NCBI GenBank assembly: GCA_018335015.1
Contig: JAGXKX010000002.1
Coordinates: 316 to 64,315 of the forward strand
Direction: 5' to 3'
Source: Candidatus Bipolaricaulota bacterium
GTDB taxonomy: Bacteria; Bipolaricaulota; Bipolaricaulia; M55B111
Length of the DNA: 64,000 bases
Shown here: positions 9,507-18,312 of the stretch, in pieces
Position numbering within the stretch: the stretch's first letter is position 1
How the letters are laid out: each line of letters begins with the position of its first letter
The notes under the pieces: model-generated
Told to the model about the DNA's origin: nothing
The model's database searches: none
The model's input: only the letters and a program-made list of their open reading frames with translations
Made by a program: the position numbers and the translations under genes

Positions 9507-10487
9507 CTAGTATTGAGATTTGGTATCCGGTGCAGCAGTCTCGAGAATTTCTACGTTTCTTAGTCCTTCTTCTCCCGGCACTTCGGGATCACGATCCCCG
9601 GTTATAGATTCGACGAAGTCTCTTATTTCCCCCTCGTAGGGGTTTTTCTGAGAAAAATCTAAACTTTCTTCTTTTAAGATAATAGTACCTCCTCCATGGG
9701 GGCCCAGGGTATCTCGTGCTATCGCGGAGCCTTTCCTTCCGTATATCTTAAATTCGGGCTCCGATTCGAATAGAACCGAAGTAGTTAATTCGGCGGTGGC
9801 ACCGGACTCGAACTTTAGATTTACCATTGCTGTCTCGTCGTGGGGACTATTCCAGTAGCTGTTCGCTATTGTGCTATCTATCTCCACTACTTCGCCGCAG
9901 TCGGGAAGCATTGCCCATCGAATCAAATCCAGCCCGTGCGTGCCGATGCCCGCTAAACTCCACCACCTTCCCACGTCGTCGTAGGCTCTCCAATTAGAAT
10001 CGTCCTCGGCCTTAACTGACCACTGAACTCTGACGTGGTGCAGTTTTCCGAGGACTCCATCGTGAACTTTCCTAACTAATTTCCGGTGTCCTCTGTGCCA
10101 GCGCAGGTGGTAAGCCACACCTAGCTTTACTCCGTTGGACCTGCACGCTTCTAGCAAGACTTCTCCGCCTTCGGAACTCGATACCATAGGTTTTTCCATG
10201 AGTACGTGCTTTCCGGCTTGGGCTGCCTGTATTCCGTTTTTCTCGTGTAACCTGTCCGGGGTTGAAATCATTACTGCATCCAAATCAGGGTCTTTCAACA
10301 TCTCTCCGTAGTCGTCGTGGGCGGGGTTGTCGGCCCCGGCGTCATGTTTGGCGGCGAACTCTTTTGCCCTCTCCACCCTTCTGCTGGTCACCCTCCAGAG
10401 CCGCGCCCCTTCGACCTCGCTTATCGCGGGAGCCAAAGACCTGTCGGCGATATTTCCCGGCCCGATTAACCCGAAATTAATTGTCAT
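9507..10487 (-). CDS. Gfo/Idh/MocA family oxidoreductase
   Basis: 326-aa ORF with N-terminal GLIGPGNIADR Rossmann motif. It is co-oriented with xylA, 15 nt away. Confidence 0.9.
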   Translation of the reverse strand: MTINFGLIGPGNIADRSLAPAISEVEGARLWRVTSRRVERAKEFAAKHDAGADNPAHDDYGEMLKDPDLDAVMISTPDRLHEKNGIQAAQAGKHVLMEKPMVSSSEGGEVLLEACRSNGVKLGVAYHLRWHRGHRKLVRKVHDGVLGKLHHVRVQWSVKAEDDSNWRAYDDVGRWWSLAGIGTHGLDLIRWAMLPDCGEVVEIDSTIANSYWNSPHDETAMVNLKFESGATAELTTSVLFESEPEFKIYGRKGSAIARDTLGPHGGGTIILKEESLDFSQKNPYEGEIRDFVESITGDRDPEVPGEEGLRNVEILETAAPDTKSQY

Positions 10488-10656
10488 ATCTTCCGCCTCC
10501 AGTTCGTTAATTCTAGGGATTAATAGGAAGAGTGCAAAATTGGTATTTATACTTCAATCTCTCACAATCGAACAAAAGAGATACTTAATTGATGAACGTT
10601 AACTTTATCATTTTCCTACAGGCTCACTGCGCCGGCGATTGTTAAAAGAGGGTATT

Positions 10657-11053
10657 TATCGAGAGTATCGGCTGGGCAGGGGAGCTGGCCTCCTTTTACT
10701 ACTAACTTCTTGCTGACTGTTCAGGAAAATCCTATCGGAGGCCGAGCGGGCATGGTTCCATGCTTCCTCTGGAAGCATGGGGAGCGAGGCCGAGATCGGA
10801 AGCAGTGAATTCCACGCCGGGGAATTCACCTGCGGTTTTATCGAACAGTGAGCAAGAAGTTTTCCCTAAATTTAGAACCTAAAAGTCAAGAATATAATGA
10901 CAATTATCAACTCGGGCCGGAAGCCCGGAAGTTCTATCGAGCGTATCGGCCGGGCACGGGGACCCGGCCTGCTTTATTTTTCTAAAGGTGCCCGGCCTGC
11001 TTTGTATTGGTTAAAGGGTGGAACCGTGCCCGCTCGGCCTCCGATAGGATTTT
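10657..11053. repeat. cluster of nested inverted and direct repeats (second repeat family or structured RNA locus)
   Basis: 34-nt inverted repeat 10726-10759 / 11020-11053 (33/34). 19-nt inverted repeat 10704-10722 / 10843-10861 (18/19). Direct repeats TATCGAGnGTATCGGCnGGGCA... at 10657 and 10935. Perfect hairpins at 10758-10780 and 10805-10829. Confidence 0.85.
10948..10981 (+). terminator. plus-strand intrinsic-terminator-like hairpin with no upstream plus-strand gene
   Basis: GGCCGGG-CACGGGGA-CCCGGCC is followed by TGCTTTATTTTT. A related copy at 10670-10700 (GGCTGG...CTGGCC then TCCTTTTACT) closes only with G-U pairs on the plus-strand RNA. Confidence 0.45.
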
Positions 11054-11056
11054 GAC

Positions 11057-12040
11057 TTAGTCCGGGGTAAAGGGACAGGCGGCTATACAGGACGAGCAAT
11101 CGCTACCGTTCTCCAGCCAGAACTGGTAGCACCTGTAGTGATCCACGGGCCACCTGATAATACCCCTGTTGTTCGAGGGGCAAGCTGTTTCGATTTCGGG
11201 TTCAGTTCTTGTGGAAATGGCGTCCACTTCGCAGGCGCTGCTGCAGAGTTTGCAGCTATGACATTGGTCGAGCAGAGGAGAATCCACGGGCTCGTCCTCG
11301 ACCATTTCCATATCGGTGAATACTTTACAGATCTTGAGACAGGAACCGAGTTTGGAACTAACGAGAAGACCGTTTCTCCCCAGCCTTCCCAGCCCCGCGT
11401 CCATTGCTAGTGGTATGCTGAGAGCGCCGTCGTTGCCCATTGGAGCGGCTTTATAACCGAGGTGGCGTATGAACTCGCTCATACACGAGATAATGAATGC
11501 CATCTTCGAGTAGGAAACTGCTGAAGCTCTGGCGGCGGAAAATCCCGGCGATTCTCTAATGGTTTCGGGTTTAATCGGTACTATCATAACGACGGCGTAA
11601 TCGTAGTTTAGAAGATGGTCGAGCGGGTTTCCTTCGCGGTCCTTCGTATAGACCCATCTCGGATCAACCTTGGTAACACCGACTGAGCTGACTCCATAAG
11701 CCTTGGCGGCTTTCTTTGTCTCCTTTGTTAGAACCTCGGGGTCTTTACTGGGTGGGCTTAGTATGGGTTTGTCCATTATGTTTTTGTCCTTATCCGGCGT
11801 TTTTGGTTCAAATGCTTCCGTGAAGTAATCGTAAACTGACCAGCCCCCGATAGCCCGGGCCAGTTCAAATGAACTATAACCATCCTCTTTATTTAGTACT
11901 TTGTCGATCCGGTCGTAGGTTCCCTGCTGGTAAAAAGGCGCTTCTTCGTCGTTTTTTATTCTGCCAAATACGTTATCACGACGATCGAATCGGTTATATT
12001 TGTCTTCGTCGACTATCGATTTTGGGAACTGTTTCTTCAT
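11057..12040 (-). CDS. reductive dehalogenase (RdhA) superfamily protein, short cytoplasmic type
   Basis: The C-terminus carries two Fe-S motifs, CHSCKLCSSAC and CYQFWLENGSDCSSCIAACP (CxxCxxCxxxC plus Cx11CxxCxxxCP), as in RdhA and QueG-like enzymes. There is no twin-arginine signal and no adjacent anchor gene. Confidence 0.65.
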   Translation of the reverse strand: MKKQFPKSIVDEDKYNRFDRRDNVFGRIKNDEEAPFYQQGTYDRIDKVLNKEDGYSSFELARAIGGWSVYDYFTEAFEPKTPDKDKNIMDKPILSPPSKDPEVLTKETKKAAKAYGVSSVGVTKVDPRWVYTKDREGNPLDHLLNYDYAVVMIVPIKPETIRESPGFSAARASAVSYSKMAFIISCMSEFIRHLGYKAAPMGNDGALSIPLAMDAGLGRLGRNGLLVSSKLGSCLKICKVFTDMEMVEDEPVDSPLLDQCHSCKLCSSACEVDAISTRTEPEIETACPSNNRGIIRWPVDHYRCYQFWLENGSDCSSCIAACPFTPD

Positions 12041-12110
12041 TAAGCTCCTTCCTGGGTGGGAATTTATTGTCTGCTGTCCGACTTTTACCTCAGACCGTGG
12101 TTTTAACAGG

Positions 12111-12413
12111 CTAAGCTCGATTTACCAGCCTGGTTTTTATCTTTTCTTCGTACTCTGGAAAGTAATCTCCAATCGTGGTTAGGTTGAACTTGGTCAGAAT
12201 GGATTCCTTTGGTTCCCGTTCCAGAAGGAACTTGAAGGACTCCTCGACCAGTTCAGCAGCGCCGATATTATTGGGTGCAATACTCTCGTAAGTTCCTTGA
12301 TCTACCGTAACAGTGTGGTCCGTACCTGATCTCCCTCCGACATCCACGGAGAACACTAGTTCGTCTTCGCTTTCCGCTTCTTTTTGAACATTTATCTCTT
12401 CCAATTCAATCAC
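12111..12413 (-). CDS. hypothetical acidic protein (100 aa)
   Basis: GTG-initiated ORF just downstream of and co-oriented with the RdhA-like gene. I recognise no motif. Confidence 0.55.
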   Translation of the reverse strand: MIELEEINVQKEAESEDELVFSVDVGGRSGTDHTVTVDQGTYESIAPNNIGAAELVEESFKFLLEREPKESILTKFNLTTIGDYFPEYEEKIKTRLVNRA

Positions 12414-12541
12414 CCCCTAAACATTCGGAAAAAAGTCGGGAAAAACAAGCTAAGTCACTTTCCTTGTACCCTGTCCCCGCCGAGATTAAACTTGTTGAAG
12501 ATGCGGTTTTGTGGTGGGAGGTTAAAAATTTTCGAGTAACT

Positions 12542-12750
12542 CTGACTTAGTTCTTTTGCCAACGACTTATTTATATCTCTGGGCCGGATAACTCCTCTCT
12601 GCCCCTTACCTGGCTGCCGGGATTACCTCTAATATTAAGCTTAAAAGGTTAAATCAGTTGCCAGCTAAGGGGCAGAGAGCTCCTAGTAAAAAATGAAGCC
12701 AGTGTTTATGAATTAAGTTTAGCTTTGAATACGATGAGGGAAAATTTGAG
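12542..12750 (+). repeat. MITE-like element, copy c (subfamily 2)
   Basis: Left end CTGACTTAGTTCTTTTGCC. The core outer stem 12595-12614 pairs with 12660-12679 (19/20). Right arm carries AATTAAGTTTAGCTTTGAATACGATGAGGGAAAATTTGAG ending at 12750. Confidence 0.85.
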
Positions 12751-12776
12751 TCCGAGGATCCATAGGGTGATATAGG

Positions 12777-13586
12777 TTGAGTTTATATAGAGCAATAAGG
12801 TGGCGAAGGTCGATAAGGGACTACCCGAATAAAGAGCTAACTGAAGTCCAGCTGGACGATCTTGAAAACGACCTCGCTGAGACGAGGAAATTTAACACCG
12901 AGGTCTCGGTGGACGCCCGGCTGGTAAGAGATGGACGGGCTCTACAGGAAGACATATCGGGAATAATTGCCGACTACGGGAAAGTCGAGGCTCCTCACTA
13001 TCTGGTCCTGACTTCGGAGGACACGGAAGATGGTTATATCGAGGTAGGGTACAGGTACGAGTTCGTCGTTCTAGATCTAGCGGCTCAGGGTATCGGTACC
13101 TGCTGGATAGGAAAAGGTTTTCAGGATGAACAATTGAACGAGTACATCGAGCTTCCTTCGGGCCAAACTTGTGTTACTTTAATTGCTCTGGGCCCCTTGT
13201 CGGACGAGGAGGAGCTTTACGAAATCGAGAATCCAAAAAGGAAGGCCCCGGGTCATTTTCTGATAGGACGGAGCCCGAATAGTTTGGCAAAGGAAACTGT
13301 GGAGATAATTGATTGTTTCCGCAGGGCTCCTTCGGCACTGAACGCCCAGCCCTGGCGGGTTATCGGAGAGGAAGGTACAATTCATCTTTACCTCAGGGAG
13401 CGAAATAAAATCACGAAAATAGTTCTCAGAAACCTGAATCAATTGAACCGGGTGGATGCAGGAATAGGGCTCTGTCACCTGGAGGTCGGAGGTAAGTATT
13501 TCCAGGATGGGGTCGAAGTTGGAGAAACCAACCACCCGGAGAAAAAAGGTTTGAGTTACATAGGGAGTCTGATTGGCCGGGATTAG
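12777..13586 (+). CDS. nitroreductase family protein
   Basis: The N-terminal RRSIRDY motif and a second RRAPSALNAQPW motif are typical of the nitroreductase fold. TTG start. Confidence 0.8.
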   Translation: MSLYRAIRWRRSIRDYPNKELTEVQLDDLENDLAETRKFNTEVSVDARLVRDGRALQEDISGIIADYGKVEAPHYLVLTSEDTEDGYIEVGYRYEFVVLDLAAQGIGTCWIGKGFQDEQLNEYIELPSGQTCVTLIALGPLSDEEELYEIENPKRKAPGHFLIGRSPNSLAKETVEIIDCFRRAPSALNAQPWRVIGEEGTIHLYLRERNKITKIVLRNLNQLNRVDAGIGLCHLEVGGKYFQDGVEVGETNHPEKKGLSYIGSLIGRD

Positions 13587-13603
13587 GCCAGGGAGCTGGA
13601 TTG

Positions 13604-13840
13604 TTACCTGTTAATGAGCCAGATTATTAAGTTTATCAGTATCGTTCCTCCCAGGCTAATTAATATCGCGGTTCCCAGGGGGAAGTAAAAATGAAAATTA
13701 CCTCTCTCGAAATGGAAGTCACCGGGTAAGTTACCTATAAAGGGTATATCTTTTCCAAAGAAGAACAGAAGCCCGATTATAATTAGAAAACCTCCGATAA
13801 ACAGCAACAACTTTCCGAACTCTCTGGCCAGCGGAAACAT
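13604..13840 (-). CDS. small membrane protein, DUF2905-like
   Basis: 78-aa ORF with two hydrophobic helices flanking a LPGDFHFERGNFHFYFP motif, which I recall for DUF2905. Confidence 0.7.
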   Translation of the reverse strand: MFPLAREFGKLLLFIGGFLIIIGLLFFFGKDIPFIGNLPGDFHFERGNFHFYFPLGTAILISLGGTILINLIIWLINR

Positions 13841-13953
13841 ATTTCCTCCCGTGATTTTGGATATACCGTTGATAATTGAATTGCTATATAATTTTAGCCA
13901 AAGATCGGTCGGTTCTCAGGAGAAAAATAAACGATTACCGAGAATAAATGTTT

Positions 13954-14156
13954 CTCAGTTCTTTCAGTATTAGATGGAAACGAAAAGTTATTCCCAATGG
14001 CTGACTGCATTTTATTCCCTAACCCTTTGCCCCTTACCTGGCTGCCGGATTTTGTCTACTACTAAGTTTTAGAAGGTTAAATCAGTTGCCAGGTAAGGGG
14101 CAAAGGGTAATTAAACCAGTTAAACAATTAAGTCCTGCGGCGGTGAAGGAACAGAG
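13954..14156 (+). repeat. MITE-like element, copy d
   Basis: Left end CTCAGTTCTTTCAG at 13954. The core outer stem 14023-14042 pairs perfectly (20/20) with 14088-14107. Right end GGTGAAGGAACAGAG ends at 14156. Confidence 0.9.
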
Positions 14157-14235
14157 CGTTTACCCTTCTTTGTTGCATTGAATTTTCTTTTGCTTTATTA
14201 TTCGTCTGCATGATGTGGTAGTTTAATACCGTATT

Positions 14236-14325
14236 GCCGAGGTGGCGGAATTGGCAGACGCGCATGGTTGAGGGCCATGTGGACATTTTTCGTCCGTGCG
14301 GGTTCAAGTCCCGCCCTCGGCACCA
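14236..14325 (+). tRNA. tRNA-Leu (anticodon GAG), type II with long variable arm, CCA encoded
   Basis: Acceptor GCCGAGG/CCTCGGC. Anticodon stem CATGG/CCATG with loop TTGAGGG. Variable arm TGGACATTTTTCGTCCGT. T arm GCGGG-TTCAAGT-CCCGC, then ACCA. Confidence 0.95.
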
Positions 14326-14354
14326 ATCTTTTATGGTGAATTTTTCTTACCAAT

Positions 14355-15374
14355 ATGAAAGTTTTGCTGGATACGATGAGTGGGGACGCACCGCCAGAGG
14401 AAATAATAAAAGGAGCGATTCGGGCATTACGAGAAGCTCAGGGCACGGACCTGGAAGTTACTCTGGTCGGAAGGGAAGAGTTAAATAAGAAAGAGGTAAA
14501 GAGGCTAGAGACACGTGATTTGCTTTCCAGAATTTCCTATCTCAACGCTCCCAATACTATTTCTATGGAGGATACACCTACCAAAGCAGTACGGAGCAAT
14601 CCGGATTCTTCCCTGGTTAAGGGCGTAAAGGCATTAAAGGACGAATCGGAGATCTTTATTTCTTCGGGCAATACCGGGGCCGTGGTGGCTGCCGCTCTGT
14701 TTAATCTGGGGAGAATTCAGGGTGTTTCGAGGCCGGGCCTGGCAGGTGTTACTCCAACCGTAAAGAGCGGAAACGTAGTCTTGATAGATATCGGGGCTAC
14801 AACTGACGCGGACCCGTTAAATCTTGCCCAGTTTGGAGTAATGGGGAGTGCTTTTGCAAAGAACGTTCTCGGCAAGACGGACCCCAAAGTGGCGCTCCTG
14901 AATATCGGTGAGGAACGTACAAAAGGTAACAAATTGACAAAGCAAACGGTCTCTTTAATTGAAAAGACAGACATTAAATATATTGGAAACGTCGAGCCTC
15001 ACCTGTTACTCACTGAGCCGCCGGCCGACGTAGTCGTTTGTGAGGGGTTCGTCGGTAATATTCTCATAAAGGCCTTCGAAGGTGGGGTGGAAGGTACTGT
15101 GGGCTTCTTCAAAGAGGCACTGAAATCTAGCCTCCGGTCCAAGCTCGGGGGGTTGATCCTGCGACCCACGCTGAAGAAGCTAAAAAATCAGCTAAGTTAC
15201 GCTCAATTTGGTGCCGTACCCTTGCTTGGAGTTAGAGGGGTAGTCTTTGTAGCTCATGGCAGGTCGGAAGCCCGGGCGATTAAGAACGCGATCCTGAAAG
15301 CCAGAGAAGCTTCTCGCTGGGACTTGCCGGGAAAAATCGAATCTGAAATGGAGAGGATTGATTTTAGTGAATGA
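14355..15374 (+). CDS. plsX: phosphate acyltransferase PlsX
   Basis: 339-aa ORF. The MKVLLDTMSGD N-terminus and SSGNTGAVVAAA motif are typical of PlsX, and it heads the fab cluster. Confidence 0.95.
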   Translation: MKVLLDTMSGDAPPEEIIKGAIRALREAQGTDLEVTLVGREELNKKEVKRLETRDLLSRISYLNAPNTISMEDTPTKAVRSNPDSSLVKGVKALKDESEIFISSGNTGAVVAAALFNLGRIQGVSRPGLAGVTPTVKSGNVVLIDIGATTDADPLNLAQFGVMGSAFAKNVLGKTDPKVALLNIGEERTKGNKLTKQTVSLIEKTDIKYIGNVEPHLLLTEPPADVVVCEGFVGNILIKAFEGGVEGTVGFFKEALKSSLRSKLGGLILRPTLKKLKNQLSYAQFGAVPLLGVRGVVFVAHGRSEARAIKNAILKAREASRWDLPGKIESEMERIDFSE

Positions 15375-16371
15375 ATCGTGTCACAAAGAAACTCTTCCGA
15401 ATATTCTTTCAATTGGAGCGGCCGTTCCGGACAAGGTCGTGACAAACGAGGATCTGGAAAAGACCCTCGATACGTCCGACGAATGGATTACCAGTCGAAC
15501 CGGGATAAAACATAGACACGTTCTGGAGGAAGAAGAAATCCCATCTTCTCTCGGAGTGGATGCTTCCAGAGAAGCAATCGAGGAATCCCCCGTTGGTCCC
15601 GAGGATATAGATTTAGTGGTCGTGGCTACCAATATCTCTGATATGCCGATACCGGGAACTTCTCCATTCATAGTTAATGAACTTGGTCTTTCTTCGGACG
15701 TCCCGTTCTTCGATCTAAAAGCGGGGTGCAGTGGTTTTTTGTACGCAATTGATGTCGCAGCAAATATGATCAAAGGAAAAGGCTACGAGAGGATACTGAT
15801 AATTGGCCTGGAGGCACTGTCAAGGGTCGTAAACTGGGAAGATAGGAGCACTTGCGTGCTCTTCGGGGACGGGGCGGGGGCATCAGTGATTGGGGCACGG
15901 GGGGAAGGAGGGAGAATTCTATCGACTTCGATGTTTGGAGATCCTTCAAAGGCGAAGCTGATAAGGCTGGAAGGAGGGGGAACGCGTTTACCGCCGGCGG
16001 AGGGAAGTGAGGACGACGAGCGATATTACGTGAGGATGGAAGGAAAGGGAGTTTTCAAAAGCGCGGTAAATATGATGAAGAGGTCGTCTTTAAACGTACT
16101 GGAGGATGCTGGTTTAGCTCTATCCGACGTCGATTGGATCGTGCCTCACCAGGCTAACATCAGAATAATTAAGCAGCTTGCCAAGAGTTTAGGGGTGGAG
16201 ATGGACAGGATCATAGTTAACGTTGAGGAGTACGCCAATACGTCAACGGCTACCATTCCACTTGCATTTAAGGAAGGACTGGATGAAGGATCGATAGAGC
16301 CGGGTGACGTAGTGTTGTTGACAGCTTTTGGCGCTGGAGCGGCTTACGGGGCCACGCTCCTCGAATGGTGA
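15358..16371 (+). CDS. fabH: 3-oxoacyl-ACP synthase III (FabH)
   Basis: Motifs TSDEWITSRTGI, active-site AGCSGF, HQANIRI and GAG near the C-terminus. The start is uncertain: TTG at 15358 is the track start, and GTG at 15367 has better spacing to GGAGAGG. Confidence 0.9.
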   Translation: MILVNESCHKETLPNILSIGAAVPDKVVTNEDLEKTLDTSDEWITSRTGIKHRHVLEEEEIPSSLGVDASREAIEESPVGPEDIDLVVVATNISDMPIPGTSPFIVNELGLSSDVPFFDLKAGCSGFLYAIDVAANMIKGKGYERILIIGLEALSRVVNWEDRSTCVLFGDGAGASVIGARGEGGRILSTSMFGDPSKAKLIRLEGGGTRLPPAEGSEDDERYYVRMEGKGVFKSAVNMMKRSSLNVLEDAGLALSDVDWIVPHQANIRIIKQLAKSLGVEMDRIIVNVEEYANTSTATIPLAFKEGLDEGSIEPGDVVLLTAFGAGAAYGATLLEW

Positions 16372-17261
16372 TTTCTTTGGGTAAGACCGCTTTTATTTTT
16401 CCGGGTCAGGGTTCTCAACACGTCGGGATGGGAACCGAACTTTTTGAAGATTCCAGGGTGAAATACCTTTTCGAGATTGCCACTGAGGTAATGGGTTTCG
16501 ATATCCGGGAATTGATGCTTGAGGGGCCCGAGCAGAAGCTGAACTCGACTGAAAATGCTCAGCCAGCAATATTTACTGACAGTATCGCCCGTTATCAAGT
16601 ATTGGTTGATGAAAGCTGCGATCCCGACTGCGTTCTGGGGCATAGTCTGGGCGAGTTTTCCGCTCTGGTTGCCGCTGGCTGCATCTCTTTCGAGCAGGGT
16701 ATTCGTATCGTGAAGAAGAGGGGGAAGTTGACCGGTAACGTAGACGTTGAAGGATCTATGGTAGCGGTAGTTGGAGTTGATTCCTCGAAGGTAGAGAAAA
16801 TAGTTGACGAGATGGAGGAGCCAGTTACCATTGCAAACCACAACTCTCCCAGGCAGGTAGTAATTTCGGGAAGGGAAGACCAATTGTCCAGGAGCTGCAG
16901 GAAGTTGAAAGAGGAAAGTGCCAAGTGTATTAAGCTTGATGTAACAGGTCCGTTCCACTCCAGGTTTATGAAGGGGGCGGAGAAAGAGTTAAAGAAGTAT
17001 ATAGATAAGTACGATTTTAAGGACCCTAAAGTTCCGGTACTTTCCGGAGTTTCTGGAGAGTTTGAACGTTCGGGTCCGAGGTTGCAAAGACTATTGTCTC
17101 GACAGATGACGCACCCAGTGCGATGGGTCGATTACGTGAAAACTCTGGCGGAGTTCGGAGTCGATACCACGGTTGAAGTAGGTCCCGCCGCTACGCTGAC
17201 CAAGCTGAACCAGAGGATTAACCCCGATCTCGAAGGGAAAAGATTCGACGAGGTGATATGA
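16365..17261 (+). CDS. fabD: malonyl-CoA:ACP transacylase (FabD)
   Basis: FIFPGQGSQ and GHSLGEFSAL motifs. It overlaps the fabH stop by 7 nt. Confidence 0.95.
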   Translation: MVISLGKTAFIFPGQGSQHVGMGTELFEDSRVKYLFEIATEVMGFDIRELMLEGPEQKLNSTENAQPAIFTDSIARYQVLVDESCDPDCVLGHSLGEFSALVAAGCISFEQGIRIVKKRGKLTGNVDVEGSMVAVVGVDSSKVEKIVDEMEEPVTIANHNSPRQVVISGREDQLSRSCRKLKEESAKCIKLDVTGPFHSRFMKGAEKELKKYIDKYDFKDPKVPVLSGVSGEFERSGPRLQRLLSRQMTHPVRWVDYVKTLAEFGVDTTVEVGPAATLTKLNQRINPDLEGKRFDEVI

Positions 17262-17262
17262 G

Positions 17263-17988
17263 TTGGAATACTCCGGAGAAGTCGCAATTGTAACGGGAGG
17301 TGGGAGCGGTATCGGCGAAGGGATTACTCGAGGTCTCGTAGATAACGGACTAAAGACGTACATTTTTTCCAGGTCTCGAGGGGAAGATACTGCCGATGAA
17401 ATTGGCAAAAACTGCCATTTTCTAGAAACCGACGTCACGGACCTCCAATCCGTAGAGAGTTCGGTTCAGGAAACGTTCGATCGGCATGGAAGGCTGGATT
17501 ATCTTGTTAACAATGCAGGGTTCACTAGCGACAATCTATTACTCCGGATGTCTCCAGAGGAGTGGGGTAGAGTAATTGACGTCAATCTGAACGGAGTTTT
17601 CAACTGTACCAGGGCTTCGTTGAGGTATTTGATAAAAGGGGGAGGAAGTATAGTAAATGTTTCTTCGGTTTCTGGACTCCTCGGTAATCCCGGGCAGGCC
17701 AACTACTCAGCTTCGAAGTCGGCAATAGTCGGATTTACTAAAACCCTGGCTCAAGAGTACGGAAAGAGAGAGCTAAGGGCAAACGTGGTTGCTCCTGGAT
17801 TCGTCGATACCAGGTTGACGGAGGATATTCCCGAAGATAAGAGGTCCTCTTACCTGGATAACATTATTTTGAAGAGGTTTGCCGCGCCGGAGGAGATTGC
17901 CCAGCCCACATTATTTTTGTTGAGTGATAAAGCCAGCTATATCACCGGAACTGTACTCAGGGTTGACGGTGGTTTATCGTTTGGCTAG
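17263..17988 (+). CDS. fabG: 3-oxoacyl-ACP reductase (FabG, SDR)
   Basis: TGGGSGIG cofactor motif and YSASK catalytic motif. TTG start 1 nt after the fabD stop. Confidence 0.9.
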   Translation: MEYSGEVAIVTGGGSGIGEGITRGLVDNGLKTYIFSRSRGEDTADEIGKNCHFLETDVTDLQSVESSVQETFDRHGRLDYLVNNAGFTSDNLLLRMSPEEWGRVIDVNLNGVFNCTRASLRYLIKGGGSIVNVSSVSGLLGNPGQANYSASKSAIVGFTKTLAQEYGKRELRANVVAPGFVDTRLTEDIPEDKRSSYLDNIILKRFAAPEEIAQPTLFLLSDKASYITGTVLRVDGGLSFG

Positions 17989-18036
17989 ACTTGTCATCGC
18001 TAAGTTCGAGTTTATCTCATATTAGGAGGTATTTCT

Positions 18037-18279
18037 ATGGAAGATCTAGAATCTCAAGTCAAGGAAATTATTAGCAGGCAACTTATGGTGGATGAAGACG
18101 AGTTGACCCTTGATGCTTCTTACGTCGAAGACCTGGGAGCCGATTCACTAGATACGGTGGAGATGATCATGGAATTTGAGGACGAATTTGGAATTGAGAT
18201 TCCGGATGAAGACGCGGAGGACCTAACCACGGTCGGTGAATCGATAGATTATCTTGAAGACCTTCTTGAGGAGGAGTAA
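18037..18279 (+). CDS. acpP: acyl carrier protein
   Basis: 80-aa highly acidic ORF with the LGADSLD phosphopantetheine attachment motif. RBS AGGAGG. Confidence 0.95.
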   Translation: MEDLESQVKEIISRQLMVDEDELTLDASYVEDLGADSLDTVEMIMEFEDEFGIEIPDEDAEDLTTVGESIDYLEDLLEEE

Positions 18280-18312
18280 CTGAATCCTCGATAGACTCTC
18301 GAGGTGGTGTCT

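Noticed and set aside
10704-10861. Known housekeeping RNA (SRP RNA via the GGAAGCAG motif at 10797-10804, or a 6S-like RNA closed by the 19-bp stem)
   Set aside because: The GGAAGCAG is not embedded in the SRP helix-8 context (no matching 5' strand or GNRA-closed stem). The two halves inside the 19-bp stem do not pair with each other as a 6S-like rod would require. tmRNA and RNase P signature sequences are also absent.
12693-12716. Conserved 7-codon micro-ORF in the right arm of copies c (ATGAAGCCAGTGTTTATGAATTAA) and k (50318-50341, ATGAAGTCAACCTTCGTAAATTAA)
   Set aside because: It has no Shine-Dalgarno sequence and the frame is not preserved in copies f, d or h. The similarity is explained by nucleotide conservation of the arm.
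14234-14488. 84-aa ORF starting at 14234
   Set aside because: Its 5' part is the tRNA-Leu gene read as protein, and its 3' part is out of frame within plsX.
16344-16958. 204-aa minus-strand ORF opposite fabD. Similar long antisense ORFs lie at 56327-56914 opposite metG and 15381-15773 opposite fabH.
   Set aside because: They lie fully inside well-supported conserved genes on the other strand, lack an RBS and have no recognisable motifs. These are typical shadow ORFs.
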